Source: Cycas panzhihuaensis (lineage: Eukaryota > Plantae > Cycadophyta). From it: 64,000 nucleotides of DNA. Shown here in pieces: positions 24,901-39,409 of this stretch. A program made the position numbers and the translations under genes. The notes below the pieces were generated by a model that made no database searches, was not told the DNA's origin, and was given only the letters and a program-made list of their open reading frames with translations. The stretch is taken from contig CM041465.1 in assembly GCA_023213395.1 (NCBI GenBank), positions 137,337,741-137,401,740 of the forward strand, written 5' to 3'. Numbering within the stretch: the stretch's first letter is position 1; every line of letters starts with the position of its first letter.

Positions 24901-24949
24901 CAGTGAGGTCAGTGATCAGGGGTCAATGGAATCGACATGAGGTTAGGGA

Positions 24950-26750
24950 TTTGAGTTAGGACATGTGCCCAAGATGGCTTTTCAAACCAACACGGAGATG
25001 AAATTATGTTCATACCTTTCAAGGTTGTGCCATTGAATTTGCAACCTTCCAAATTCATGGGAACAACTTGAGAACTATTCATTAAAAAGTTTGTAATCCT
25101 CTTATTCGATGATGTGGTATTATCGAAGATTGCTTTTTCATGCTAAGCAGGTGTTGTCCATGCTGCATCAATTTGGTTAAGAAAGAATAAACTATTTGGG
25201 GCTTTGCCTACCCGTAATAGTAGTTCAGGTTGATGAGAGGGAACATTAGAGCAATCAAAAGTTGATCTAACCCAGTAACCTCTTGCAACATAGAGCCCGT
25301 TCCTCGTTAGCTTCGTCCTGCAGATGATTTGTTTGAGACTTTCACACAAAGAAGCCTCATTCTAACAAGAATTTTTGAGAGTTACTTCCATTAGACTAGA
25401 GTTCTTGGAAGTGTCATTGGGTTCTGATCATTGAAACCAAAAAAGTCATTTGCTTCAAGAACAAAAATGATGACAATGAGTGGTTAAGAGCTATAGATGT
25501 TCGCCATATGTTGTGTTTTAGTGATAACATCTACAAGTAACATTACTTCCCAAACTGATCGGCCAGCTTGAAGTATCATCTGACCCAATTGGTGCTTGCT
25601 TAATGGGACCAGACTGCACCATTAGGACATACAAAGGCATAGTTAGCAAGGTGTGTGTGTTATCTGGAATTTTTATTGTTAAGTGATTACTACCATTAGA
25701 TTTCTAATTTAGCAGATTCAGGACATACTTTGTTTTTGTCTTTAAACAACATAGTGCTTAGAGATAAATAGAGGCCGCATGGGAAGAATGCATTCTTGCA
25801 CAACACTCCTTTTTCATAGATCAATAGGGATTTACTTCTGTAGAAGGGCAGAATTTTCATCCTACCTAATTATGAATTTCGAATGGGGATTGCCATTCAC
25901 ACCCTATTGGCGATCACAAAGGATTTGGGAAAAACATGTTTGAACATAAGAATCCATTTTTATCATGCCAGTTTTTGTATGAGGATAAAAAACAGTAAGT
26001 TAAGAAATTTGTCAAGCGAGCGTTCCTATCACGAGCCAACAAGTTATTGAATGTTTCTGTTTGTGGATTTGACTTTAGATTAGATTAAATAAGTCCTATA
26101 GGTGGCCCGACAAACTCCAGCTAGTGGTTAGATGAGAAATATGTAATTGCTGATTGAATCACTAAGCGCACAAACTTCCTAGCCAAGTGGACCATACAAA
26201 GCCTCTCTTGTGACATAATCCTTTTTTACTTATGGGAACATAAATGTCTTAAGGGTTCCACCTATCACCCTCAGATTCATGTCCAAACATGTATACGATA
26301 GAAGACTTGGAAGAGTGTGTTCAACACTTGCTTGTAAAATGACTAGTTTTATAGTGTTCTTACATAAATTTGTAAGAATATCTCTAGTTGCATTAGTATT
26401 TGAGGCCTTGTTTGGATTTAGGGCTTATATGAACATTTCTTAGCAGAAGTGTAATACGATTTACTCACAAGAGAATGCACTGATGACATGGTGAAAGAGC
26501 TGAACGCAGAGCTATTGGTGCCAAGACTTGGGAGACCTCTCTTGACCTTCACTTTGATGACCAATTCCATTCATATTGTGATGATTTAATGTGCAAATAA
26601 AATAACTATGATGTGGTTAGGTGGCTATTGCACCCAACATGATTATAGAAGAGGCTTTAAGTTGCAGTTGCAAACTCTTGCAATTTATCTTGTTCTTTGG
26701 ATTTTTTCAAGATCAGTTGTTCCTCTGACAAATATGACCCTTATTTGGGT
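24950..26750 (+). pseudogene. Highly decayed gypsy pol (RT-RH-IN)
   Basis: FVILLFDDVVLS (YxDD-like, ~25090), CHSHPIGDHKGFGKT (IN zinc finger, ~25890), STYHPQIHVQT (~26257). Confidence 0.65.
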
Positions 26751-26939
26751 TGATTTGCTAGCTTAGCCACAGAGTAGACTCGGATGTGGATTCTTACATT
26801 CCACCTTCTTGTATAAATATTGTTGTGTATGAGATTTGTGGTATAAATATTAATGCTTTAATAATGACATTGATTTAAAAAAAAAAAGCTATGGAAATTA
26901 GATGTCCTAAGCTGCGATGTTGTTGTGTGCAAGTACCAC

Positions 26940-27136
26940 ATATATCCTCTTTATCTGTTTCATTTGTAAAGTTAGATTAAACTCAACAGTTGTAAGATGG
27001 CTTGGATTCGAGAACAAGGCAATCTATGAAGACTTGAAGTTGTAGCATATATATCCTTTTTATCTACTTGATTTGTAAAAGTTAGATTAAGCAGTCGATA
27101 ACAAGGTCGTTTGGATTCAAACCAAGGCAATCTGTT
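26940..27136 (+). repeat. Diverged ~108-bp tandem duplication
   Basis: TATATCCT..TTTGTAAAGTTAGATTAA..TTGGATTC..CAAGGCAATCT occurs twice. Confidence 0.7.
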
Positions 27137-27941
27137 AATACTTAATTGTGCAAAAAGACTCTCTGAGAGTAATGTGGCCATTCATTTTGTAATTAGCACG
27201 ACTGTCAGAAGTGTAGCAAGAGTCTTGCTTATTCGGCATTGATTTAAAATTTTGGCATAGCAAAGAGTGAAGCTGCTACTACATTGAAATAAATAAATAA
27301 GACTTAGAAAAGAGATGTTCCACCTTCAGTTTCCTGAGGCAAAATTATGTTGTTGATACTTGTTGGTGATGTTGTATATTTATACATGGACTTTCTATTA
27401 GCATTCAAAATGTTTTAAGGTGCATTTGTATGTTGTGAAGTATTAGGATTTCCTATTGCAGATGTTGACACTGAGCAATTGTGTTTTTGGGCATTTACTG
27501 AAAATGAAACCTGCAAAAGATTTTGAGTGCAAATAGTTATTTTCATGAGGAAATGTTTTGCTAAAGCGGGGATTGAAATATACTATTTGACATTTCCGTG
27601 GAAGATTTGGCCCAAAACTTATTTGTGGAGGCAAGTAGGGTATACAGAGCTGTGTAGTATTAATTCACAGTTGCACAAGTTACATGATACTTCAAAATCA
27701 TCACACAATATTTTGTGAGGCGACTTTTAAATACTGTGTTTTAATTCAAAATCTAATCTGTTTACATAGAAAATTTAAAATATGACAGGTTATAAAGAAA
27801 ATTCAGAAATATATAGACCTACAAAATAAAATAACAATTCTCTACATAGAAATAGAAATATAAATGGAAGTATATTAATGTTCTCAAATGACCAAAACAG
27901 TCAATGGTACTGGAGAAAAGATGTCCTACATACAATACATG

Positions 27942-28165
27942 GATAGGGAGTGTGCAGAACTTCTCCAATCCAAACCCATCTAAGACCATCTAGTGATGCA
28001 CATATGAGCAATAACAATAACAATATATTGGCTAAATAAAGTAATACACGAATTCATCAATAGGAAGTGTGTAGAGCATCTCCAGTGTAAGCCTGTCTAA
28101 GACTGCTCAGTGATGTATGTATGAGCAATAACAATAACAATGCCTTGGCCAAATAAAGCAATAGA
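27942..28165 (+). repeat. Diverged ~118-bp tandem duplication
   Basis: ATAGGxAGTGTG..TCTCCA..TCTAAGAC..TATGAGCAATAACAATAACAAT..TTGGCxAAATAAAG occurs twice. Confidence 0.75.
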
Positions 28166-28734
28166 TTACTTTAAATGCCATAATCTCTACATGAGAGATC
28201 CTAGAGTTTGATAAGGTTGATACAAGAGGCGTCTCTCATCCTCTATCATGATCTGGAAACCCTAATGATCTCGTCTTCTCCATCAACTCCTCTGAAGTTC
28301 TGTATCACCCATTGTATAAAGTCATTGAGTGAGTTGTCAATGAATTGCTATTGCAGTACCTTGAGGGGTGATTCCCTTTGATGCCAAGATGTGTTTTTCC
28401 CAACATGGAAGGCCAAAGTCTACAAAGGTTTTAATTAAGGACTAGTAGAAGTTTGCAAAATGTGCGAGAGGAGACCTAGTAGAGGAGCCTTGATATGAAC
28501 CTTTGGACTCTTTACACCTTGGTCTGGTAGTCGTTGTCCCTTTATGTGGTGGCCTGCTACAAATTGAAAGTGTGTGAGGTGGATTAGAGATTTAAGTATG
28601 TGAACAATGTTTGATATGCTGTTGATTGTCTTGAGAGACTGAAGGGCATTTTGTCTTGATGCAATAGTCATTAAGCCAAAAAATGATGTAATAATTAACT
28701 GCATACTAGAGGGGTTGCAGCTATTCAAGAGTCA

Positions 28735-29600
28735 TTTTCTCCTGAAAAACTGCTTTTGGAGAAAAAGAGCAACACACCTATGCCTTGTGTAAGAAGTCAA
28801 AGTTGGTGAGGATCCTATGGAGACTCTAAACAGGTAGTAAAATTTGTCCCTAATCTCATAGTGTACTGGGCATAAAAAAAAAAAATGATCTTCAATCATT
28901 GGTTCCGACAAATAAAGCATGTGAATCCTCTCATTTCAAAGAATAAAATACTGGGCTTCTACCCTAAATTGGTGAGAGGACACTTTGGACTACCCCATGG
29001 GAACTACTAAACCATTCTACATATAGAGGCATATATACCATGGTGGATCAATTGTAACATATGTAAATTTGAGAAAATGCTCATGGTAGAAAGTTTAGGA
29101 CTAAGCTACTCTGTGGGAGAAATCCAAGGAACCTAGAGATATGCTTGGTAAAGTTCATTTCTTATGGCCACATTAATCTCTTTCTCAGATAATGAGATTA
29201 GGGTTATCTAAGGGGAACTATGGGTGGAAGGTCATCACAGAAAGCCCAATCATCTACAATACAACTGGATCTTAAATATACCTGTACTTGGAGTTTGTTT
29301 GAGATAGATATTGTGAGGAATACTGGGCCAAAAATGGGTATCTATCCTTTCAAACACTAGACTCTGCCATCCTCCTATCCTTTTGTGTAAATGCAAAACA
29401 ATCCCAAGTATGGCCACCTGATTGAAGGGGATGTGCTTCAAACTCTGCATGTGTATCACATGCGTAGCATTTGCACTCCCTCAATCCTTGTCCATTCTAG
29501 GGAGGACAGACTTGGTTCTTACATCTCTGCTCCATGTAAAACCATAGGCCCAGCTAGAGAATCAAAGGATAATTGCTTTGTACATATATCTTGGAAATAT
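28735..29600 (-). mobile_element. Decayed LINE (non-LTR) ORF2 3' end
   Basis: IEDHFFFLCPVHYEIRDKFYYLFR...RCVALFLQ resembles the C-terminal E-H-CP-Y-IR zinc-binding tail of LINE RT proteins. Confidence 0.6.
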
Positions 29601-32600
29601 ATTTGAAAACATTGCTTCTCTAGAAATGAAAGTGAGTCATATCCTTTACGAAATTGAGGCCAAGCTATTAGATGTATGAAAAAAGTATGCCAGATATTCT
29701 TAATTATGTAAAAGACGAAACTATCTCCAACTGCTGCTGCCGAAAGGTGAGCAACAATCTAGATAAAACATCCTTAGAGGCACTGAAAACCATCATCTTA
29801 TTCATTTCTAATTCTTCTTGTTCTCAGAAAAAGATGGCAAAGCATTTGTTACAACCCCTAAGAGAAACTATATTATATGCAAATAACAAAAAGGCAATCA
29901 AAACATTATACAACATGCATCCATCATATATATACAAGAGTGGCTTGTCAAATGTACTCTTCAACAACCCTATTTGACTCAAATAGTTTGGGGATCTTTC
30001 TACAAAAACCATGTGGGGTGAGGACTTGCCTTATAATTCTCGTATATAAAGTTACTACACCAAGCATGATTGCTTGTGAGAATTCCAAACAATGTGGATG
30101 TAGGAAATGTGGTGGAATTACATCAGAAGTCTTTCAACAGTTTAATAAGACAATGGTAAGCCTTACGACGGTGATGTTTAACTTCCTCAATGATAGCTAC
30201 GAGAGAAAATATTATGGGGTCATATTTTTGTATGTATAGGATTTAATTGCCTTTATGATGTTTTTTAAGAGTCAACCTCGGGAACAACAGTCACATTTTT
30301 ATTAGTTTCAAGTCAATTTTGGCCTTTAATTAAATTATTCATAATATAGCTTCTTTATAATGTCGTATAGCCTTGGCCATAGTAGTGCTCATGTGACCAA
30401 GCGCTGGGATCCTATGGTCATTTTGGCCAAACTAATTGGTTTCAAATGATGCATAAGTAATTTGTTTGTATGGATTTGGGGGAATTGTAAACACACTATC
30501 CCTGTGCATTCACACCTCAAATGTGCACCTACACATTCAACCTTCTTACCTTAGTTGAAATTCACGTCTAGCTTGCAATACTTGCACTGGTTAGTTCCTA
30601 AAACCCAACTTTATGTAACCTATTATGGGGATAATTTTTCTCTTAAGAATATATTGCATATTTCAACATAATTAAATAATAAATATTCCAATTCATTTAA
30701 CAAATGTTTTAGTACCTTCCTATGAATAATTAAATGCATGCTTCAATTCACATTTAATGCTACCGTTTAACACCATTGGTAACACACTTTTTTGTATGTT
30801 TCTTAATGTCTTTTGAATAAATAGTGCAATATATTTTCATGGGTGTTATCAAATGTTTAATGCACAACTCTGCATATTACATAAATGAGCACGAGAATGT
30901 TAAAAGTAACATTTCAAAATGCACATCATTCTGATGTAGAGATTGTGTGCAAACACCTTTAATCCATTATTACCGTGTCAAGTATTATATAGGTTAATGC
31001 AATCAATTTTTTTTTTTCACGAATGAATCTTCAAGTGTTTGGTCATTATCATTTCTAAAAGCATGGTAAATGTGATTAAATTTTCAAGGGAAACATCAAC
31101 ATTAATAAATAAGAATTAAATAGGGGTTGGAAGTGAAGATTAGAAGAATGATGGCTTCACTTAGTTCATGATAAATGGGTAAGTTGCTCTCTCTTTCTTG
31201 CTTTCATTTTCAAACCTAGAAAGGACAGAATAATCACATTAAACACATTTATAAACATCATGGATGTTCAATAATTTTTTTAATTGATGATCCCCTTTAT
31301 TATAAACAAAATTTATTCTGAATATATATTAGACACATAAGGCCATGGAATATGTCCTAAATCTAAACACCATAACAAAGATAATTTGAGCAATATTTTT
31401 TATAAAACCTTTTTTCAAAATGTTGGTTGTGTTAGCAAAATGTCATTTGGCTTGATATATAAGAACTTGAGGGCTAAAAAGGCTATTGTTGCTTTTGTGT
31501 CAACCGATATGGTCCAACATTTGGTGATCTTGGAAAAAACATGTTTGATAATTGGCATGAAAGTTACCTGTCTCACGAATCAAATTCCCTATAGTGCAAA
31601 AATAAAAAAGGAAGAAAATCTTTTTGTAATTATAAAGAGAATATATTAATTAGGATATTAATTAATTTAATGTAATTATTAATGAAAAGATGCAATCTAT
31701 TAGGAAAGTTGCACTTTTTGACTTTTGATAATGTATATTTAATGAATTGAATAAAGAAGAGAATTCCAAGGAAGATAAGGAATCCTAAGATAGAATTCCT
31801 AAATGGTTGGGTTGGGGCACAAGGCATGATTAGGGACTAGACCTAGAGCTTGCTACAAGAGCCAAACGATGTAGCAAAGACTGCTAGCTGACGTATGAGA
31901 TTTGAGCTGATACTAGAAATGTTAATGAGGAACCTGATGATGCAACAAGTGCCCTTGAGAAGCTTAGTTTGGCATTGAGGGTGTTCGTTAGGAGCTTGGT
32001 CTAAAGCAGGAGACAAGCAATCCTCTAGAAGACCTCCATCTCTTTTGGTTGGATTTTTTAGTGAAAGAACAAGATATATACTCTATCTTTATTTGATGAA
32101 AATATAAATATTATTTCAAAAGAAATGACTATTTTATTTTTTGATAGTTGTGTGAATTTCAATAAATTTGTGTATCTTTATTTCTTGAAAATAAGTTGAA
32201 AGAATGGAAGCTATGTAGAATTACTTAATTTTATTTTTAGGGAACAAGGAACATTACATTTACTCCAAATATTATTGGCCAACACACTAAATTTAGATTG
32301 ATACAAGTGTTTATAAGGAACCTAATTGATGTGGTGAATGCTCATGAGGAGTCCAGTTTGGTGTCGAGGGTGTCTATAAGGAGAGTTAGTCTAAGCACGA
32401 AACAACTATCTCGTTGCATTTGGGAAAAGAACTTCAACCCCTCTAATCATCACGTCTAATCATTGCATTTCATGAGACAATCTCTCATTTTGACACTATC
32501 AAATACACAATGCATATTTCCATTCAATAGAAGCATGGAGAAGGTTATTCCCTTATCCAAGATGCACTTTCCAAACCCAATTTTTACAATGAACCCTGGT

Positions 32601-34907
32601 TCTAGAGCCACCATGTCAATCAATGCGCTTGAAACACTAGCAAGGGTGATCATTTGTGTGCTTATTTGTTGAGCTTTTGGAAGATTGAAGTGACCTCCAT
32701 ATTACCCCCTTCGAATACACTATTACCTTGTCACCACTTGTTACACACACACACATACACGAGCACATAATCACAATTCACAAAGCATAGATTCAAAAAA
32801 AAAAAAAACCTAGGAATTCAAAAGGAATTGACATAGGGAATATGCATAAAACAAATGTAATTTGGAATACAGATGGAAGTAGGGCAGGCAAGGTTCGGGT
32901 CCCTACAGAAAAATGATTAGAAACCCAATTCAAGTTGGCTTATCTTGGATTATAGCTTTCTTGGGAATAGATCCTCAACTAGGTGGCTGAGTATTCATTG
33001 ATGTAACCATTGATGGGTGGGGGGTAGTGAAGTAGAGGAAGAGGTGGAGGAGCCATCTTTCTATTAATAAACCTAGCCATTGACAAGACCAGAGGTGGTG
33101 AGGATAAGGAAGGGGTTTGCCTTGAGATGCAAATGTCAACAAGTTGTAGGATTCACCTCTTATTTTCCTTCATTTAGCATGGGGCCTCTGTCTCAACCAT
33201 TACTCGAAGAAATTAAACGAAAAGCCCACTCAACCTTACTATTGCTAAATACTATGATGAAATAATAGGGTATTGATAGGAGAAAATTCTTGCTATCAAT
33301 TCTTGCGTTATAATGAACGATGGAGATAAATTGTTGTGCTTGTAACGCTTAACCCCTGAAAAACATAGTTAAAACTGAATTATCTTTAGGACTGAATGAA
33401 CTAGTAAGCCCCCTCTCATTGGACTACATGTATCCATGTGATACCAAAATAATTTTTTGGAGGAGGAAAACTCTCCCTATTGCCCACCTGCATTGTTACT
33501 TACTCATCAAATCGACTTTCTCTGAGCCCATTTTATGTAAGACAAGAGCAACTATTCTAGCTCATAATGAGTGTATTATTTTTAAAACCCTCTCAATTCC
33601 TACTGTGTGTGTGTGTGTATAACCCTCTTTTTTTTTTTTTGTGAATACTTTACATCCATGAAACTTTCATTACTATTGAATTTATATACCATTCTTGTAA
33701 CTCAACACTCTTATCCTTACTTTGGTAAGAGATGTTATTTTAAAAGGGGGGAAATATCCTTGAAGATTCTCTCATGATAATTCTTTTTAAATAGACATTT
33801 AAATCCCTATGAGTTAATTCATGAATAAATTGATCATAGTGAGTATCAATAACTTAATGGCATCATAATTTTATGAAATTTAAGGATTTGCAATCCAAGC
33901 GAAGATTTCTTCTTGCACCATTTTGTTTTTTACAAGTAAAATCTCTATAAAGTGGGGTTGACTTGTCAATATGAGATGCCATAAGAGAGGGGAATTTAAT
34001 TTGCCAAAATCTCCTAGAAATTACATTTGGCATCATTTGTTTAGAGACAACAAGAAGTAGTTTTAAACCTCCCAAAAATCTTGACGTTAACATAATCTGT
34101 GAAGGCCTGATTAAGATTACAAGCTCTAAACATACACTAATATTACTAAGTCGTCTTTGTTGCCAATGTTGCATGTGCATTCAAATTTTGTTTAAATTGT
34201 GCATTAATGGCATATTAATTTCAAAATAACCATGCACATCACTTCCATTTCATAATTTGAATTGGAGTGCACCCTTACTAGCTAGCTAAAATAATGGCAT
34301 ACCAAGCTATCGTTGCTATAAACACCATGAACATTGGTCAATACATTGTCAACTCCTTATAGCACCACCTCTATTCAAAAAACCATAAACCACAATCAAT
34401 CACAGGAAATGATGTTGCCTCCAATTTGAACAAACATTCCATAGACCATATGTTCTATTATATTTTGATCCCATTGATTGAATATCGAATACCATAAAAA
34501 CCATTGCACGCTTATTGGAATTAACCACGCAAAAAAAACCTACTTGTCCATCAAAGCATCAACATCCGCTAATTACCATGCCATGCAAATTAGCCAAACA
34601 TCACATGCATGAACATGAGACGTTGTCCACTTTGGTTTGCATGTAAAATGACACCGTCGATGAAAAAAAGAGGTTGAATTATTCATGTTGATTAATATCA
34701 TTGATGCCACTATAGTAAGCGCCCATTAAGCACTAACATCTTCCATTTACCATGAAATGTCGATAAGAAAAAATGCCCACCAATCACTATGAAACACTGA
34801 CAAAGAAAAGGTTGAATTGTGTACGTTGATCAACATCAATGTTGTCTTATTAAAAAGTGTAGATCGTTGACCATGCTAAACATAATTCCACCTACACAAT
34901 AATACGT

Positions 34908-35180
34908 AATCGCCACATAAATTTTAAATGAATTTACCAGCCATCAAGCACAATCACAACATCTAAGAATGTCAAATCCACATAAATCACTCTAATACAA
35001 TGCCATAAAATAAATATGTAATGGGTTGGTAACACCATCATTGCCAATTGCCACACAAAACTGAAATGAATTTGTCAACAATCAAGCACAATCAAAATGT
35101 TGAATATTAGCAAATTTGCAGAAATCACTCTAATACAATGCCACAAAACAAATATGTAATGGGTTAATAGCACTATCATT
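34908..35180 (+). repeat. Diverged ~138-bp tandem duplication
   Basis: GCCACA..AAATGAATTT..ATCAAGCACAATCA..AAATCACTCTAATACAATGCCA..AAATATGTAATGGGTT occurs twice. Confidence 0.8.
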
Positions 35181-38100
35181 CCCTATCTAGACCCAGAACG
35201 CCTCTTATAGACCCTTTGAAGGCAAGAACAAACCAGATTAGAAAACCCAACGATAAATTCAACCATATCGCTAGCTTATACATAATACTAATAATGAACA
35301 TTGCACCTAGTGTAATATTTCTAATGATTGTGCAAACCTTCATCAATCAAAGTGGTTGGATATATTCAAAGTCGAATTGCCTAAACCTACACTCGAATGA
35401 TAAGCAATTACTTCCACACCAAAATCTCCATGCATCACATAAGGATTTAGTTACAGCCACCAAAACTCCCCATAATTTGAATGCTAAAACCATGCCAATT
35501 AGTTGAAGGGAACTGCAATCCCATAGAGTGATGATACCACGGGACTAACCTTGAGCTCCACCCTCATAATAGAATATTTATAGCCATTCCATAGTTGGTT
35601 CGAGCCAAAAGATTCTTCTTTTGTCATTTTAGTTTATTGAAGATGAAGAACATTAAGAATCCATTCCCTAATACATTCTCTTAGGGCTTGTATTGTAGAG
35701 GTCAAACTTAGACCTCACATGTTTTATGATACAATAATCATTTTTGTCCTTGATGGGATGATGCCCTTTCTAGCTTTGGGAGCTCCTTCACTTATGTTGG
35801 GATTCTTTATCTTTTAGACATCCAATGTGAACTTGTCTTTACTAATTCTCAATTGGGAATGAGTCCCACTTTCAATTCCTCTTAAAGTTTCCATTTAAAG
35901 AATTTCCATATTTGATTGTTTGCCTAGCTTCCTTCTATTAGTGGACGAGCCGACCGTTGAGTGAGGTTGAAGAGTTGACTCATCCCCTACATTCATGGTC
36001 AACTCTTCCTCTCAGGAAATGAGGAGTTGATTATTGACAATTATCTACCTACCTTCCTTCTTTCTCCCGCATAATATATAATTACATAAATATTAAGTGT
36101 TAGATAAAAAATTAATTATTTTATCTTTAAATTTGCTAGAAGATTGGAGGATTGCCATTGATGTGCCTCAATCTTTAGTAAGTTGCTTTAATGTTCAACA
36201 AGTTTGTTAATGTCCATATGAAAATAATACCATCTACTAGTTCACATGGGTAACTAGTTACTGTAGCCACTAATTCACTAGGAAAATTATTTGGTTACAT
36301 GGTTTAATCAATAATAATAATAGCCACACTTTAAGAATATGTCATTTTATATGTCAGTTGAATGTGCTAAAAATACATATAAGAGTAGCATAAATTTTGT
36401 ATCTCATCTTTTACTTTATAGGACCAAACAATTTCTTTAGTATCTATTGGCTGAAATTACAATAAACATTGGCTATATTAACTAAAAATACATGAGATAT
36501 TATTATTATTAGTTAGAAATGCATAAGAAATAGGCTCTTTGGCCTCACAATTGCCCTCTTAGACTTATATAAGTTTAATAATACAAATTGGCATTGACTT
36601 GATTAAAGGATATCACTCAAACATAAAAAATACTCTATTTTTGATAAAATTTAACTTTCTAAGGCTCTCAAGAGTTTAAAAGAGTATTTTTCATATTTTC
36701 TTCTCTTCTTTCATTTTTTCCCCTTTATTTAGAGTGTGGTTTTATATAAATAGATATTTGAAATCATAAAAGAAAGGTTATGATAAATAAATATGCCAGA
36801 AAATTTGAAACAAGAAAAAAAGACAAACCTACAAAAGTAACATTTGCCTTGTATTGATTTCAAATATTAGAATATGCATTAAATAATCACCAAAAGGGTT
36901 TGTATGACTAGCTATTTTGAAGGTAAATGAGTCATCTCCTCAATGCAATAGATTAGAAGTCTAAGTTTTATAGTCAAAGTTAGAATAGAAAAACTACAAG
37001 CATGTCATAAAAAAGTTAATTAATATTAAAAGGTAAGTTAGCCTCTTTTGTTGGGGGCTCTAGTCATGTGGGTTAATCTTTAGGGGTTGGCGAACCTCAA
37101 AAAACATTTTAATTTAGTTAAACTAAGAGAAAACTTTGTAAAAAAAATTATTAGAAATCTTTTTTTTTTTTGCCATCATTCATTTTCAAAATTTGTGCTC
37201 TTATGTTTTGTAGAGGGCATCTCTACAATGTTATGGACTATCGATATCTATGAATCATGGTGTCTATGTAAGGGACAAATGTCTGAAACCAATTTTGTCT
37301 TCCCTTTTGAATGACTTGAACCTCACTTGTTGATTTTCATGCGTAAAGTTAGAAGTGGTTTTAATTTAAAGGTAGTTAGGGTTCTCATTCTCAAGAATCT
37401 CTTTAATAGGCAGAGTAAGATAACCTTGAAGATACTTTGTTGCATAAGATCCACATAAAAGTATATTTTTGCCTAAACTTTCACCAACATTTAGACATTC
37501 CTAAAATTCTCTGCATGCAATTTGACCAACCAAGTGACTATGTTTTATTTTTCACAAAAATTAACTAACATGTGTTTTTTGCTTTCATTGAAATCCTTGG
37601 CCCACTTAAGTTCCTTGTTTATATAAGCATAATCATTGGAGTTTCTAGCCCTTTTTGTTCTTAGCCATGAAGAAAAGATTGACCATTGAATAACTTCAAA
37701 ATCTTTTGATTCGCCTAGCATTAACATACTTGTGATCTCCAACATCTTCAGATGTTATGTTTTTTGCAATTTGTCCACTTTCTGTTGACATTACATTTTC
37801 TTTGATAGGATGAGTTTGGTTAAGTTTGTGCTCGCCTTTTTAAAGTTGTTTCTTTCCTTTAAATAAGCTCTGCATTTATGTAAATGACCTAAAAATCCTT
37901 CACATCTTCATCTTTCACTTGACTTTATATGCTTGGGTGGTTTGTGTTATAAAATACACAAAAAACACAACCAAAATGATATTGAAAAACAAACTTTAAC
38001 TAGCACCAGAATAACAATCTTCAAAGAGGTTATACATCTTAAGGATTAAAACCAAAGATAACCCCAAAGCTTCAACATATGCAAAAATAGGGTAATAACT

Positions 38101-39409
38101 TAGAATCCTAGCTTTGAAATAGTTTTACAACCCATAGATCATTTTCTTTTGCTTTATTTATTATTTATTATTATTGGCCATATCATCAAACATTAATTAC
38201 TTTCGTGAAGCAACTATTCTTTTTTGCATTAAAATCCTTCATGGGTCTATTTTGAATCTTATAGGCTTAAAAGACAACCACTCGAAACCAATTTTTCTTT
38301 ATATGCATCAAAATCCTTGTGGGTTTACCATGGAAGTTTTTCAGCTTTGGCATATAGTTGTTGTAACTACCAAAAAGAAAAAGAAAATTAATAATATTTT
38401 TTTTGCAATCTTCATTTGGTATCTACAACTATTAGTTTTAAAAACTTAGAAAACTTGAATTTGTGGCCAACACTAAGATTTGCATGCAATATTATTTTGG
38501 GGTCCTATGGTTGTGAAAAGAAGGCCATAAGGCAATTTTAAGGCATCAAATATTATTTAAACACCATGATATTTTTCTTCTTCTTTTTTTTGAAAAATAA
38601 AAAATGCAAATCTTGATGTGTATTTTGCTTTCTAAAACTATCTGTAATATTTCAAAATAATTTGCCTAATAAAACCTTTCTTTTTCTTTTTAAAAATACA
38701 ACTATTAAATGCATTTTGCAAGATCTTCCAATGGTCACTTTCGAAGGAAAAAAATAAGGTTATATGAAGATATCAAAGTCTCAAAAGAATAGCTCAAAAA
38801 ATTTAAAGAAACTAGGCTCTAAATTCCAAAGGATCAAAACTTTGGCTTTGATACTAAATATTGAGTGTGGCATTGCTCTAATACCATAATGTTAGGTATT
38901 AAATTTAATTTTGATACTAAAATATTATGGACGATTAAGTGGAAGTAATGCATGGATGATAGACCTAACCATAATTGAACATGGGACATGCAATGAGTAC
39001 AAAATATCATAATTAAATACACAAGTATAATGAAATATATACACGAAGGATAGACACAATATATGGAAGAATAGTTATTCCTTAATTATTAAAATATGGT
39101 GTACATATTTATAAAACAACTAATTTCAAATTAAGAATCTAAAGTTAATTATTGTATGCTTGGTACACATTTCAACAACCTTTATAGGTGTTCATAATAA
39201 AATATTCATAAATTATGTGTAAGAGAGTGAGAGGGATTTGGTATATCATTTGATATAATTAGATATTATATCCAATACCTATTTATAAGCTAAGAAGAAT
39301 ATCCTATGAGTTATTCCCTTGGGGATTGCTTGAAGAATGAATTGGTGTTTGTAGCACCACCATAATCGAGCTTACAAATGTTCTCCAAGAGGAATAGACC
39401 CATATACAG

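Noticed and set aside
29600-33450. Possible host exons, or a decayed gag with PBS-like TGATACCA at ~33440
   Set aside because: No convincing protein motif could be read.
33860-34600. Possible Helitron Rep relic on the minus strand (YE..GS..VHG-like)
   Set aside because: The motif needs several frameshifts and is too weak without an HMM search.
37080-37950. Possible DNA-transposase remnant
   Set aside because: Only short AT-rich ORFs, with no DDE motif or terminal inverted repeats recognised.
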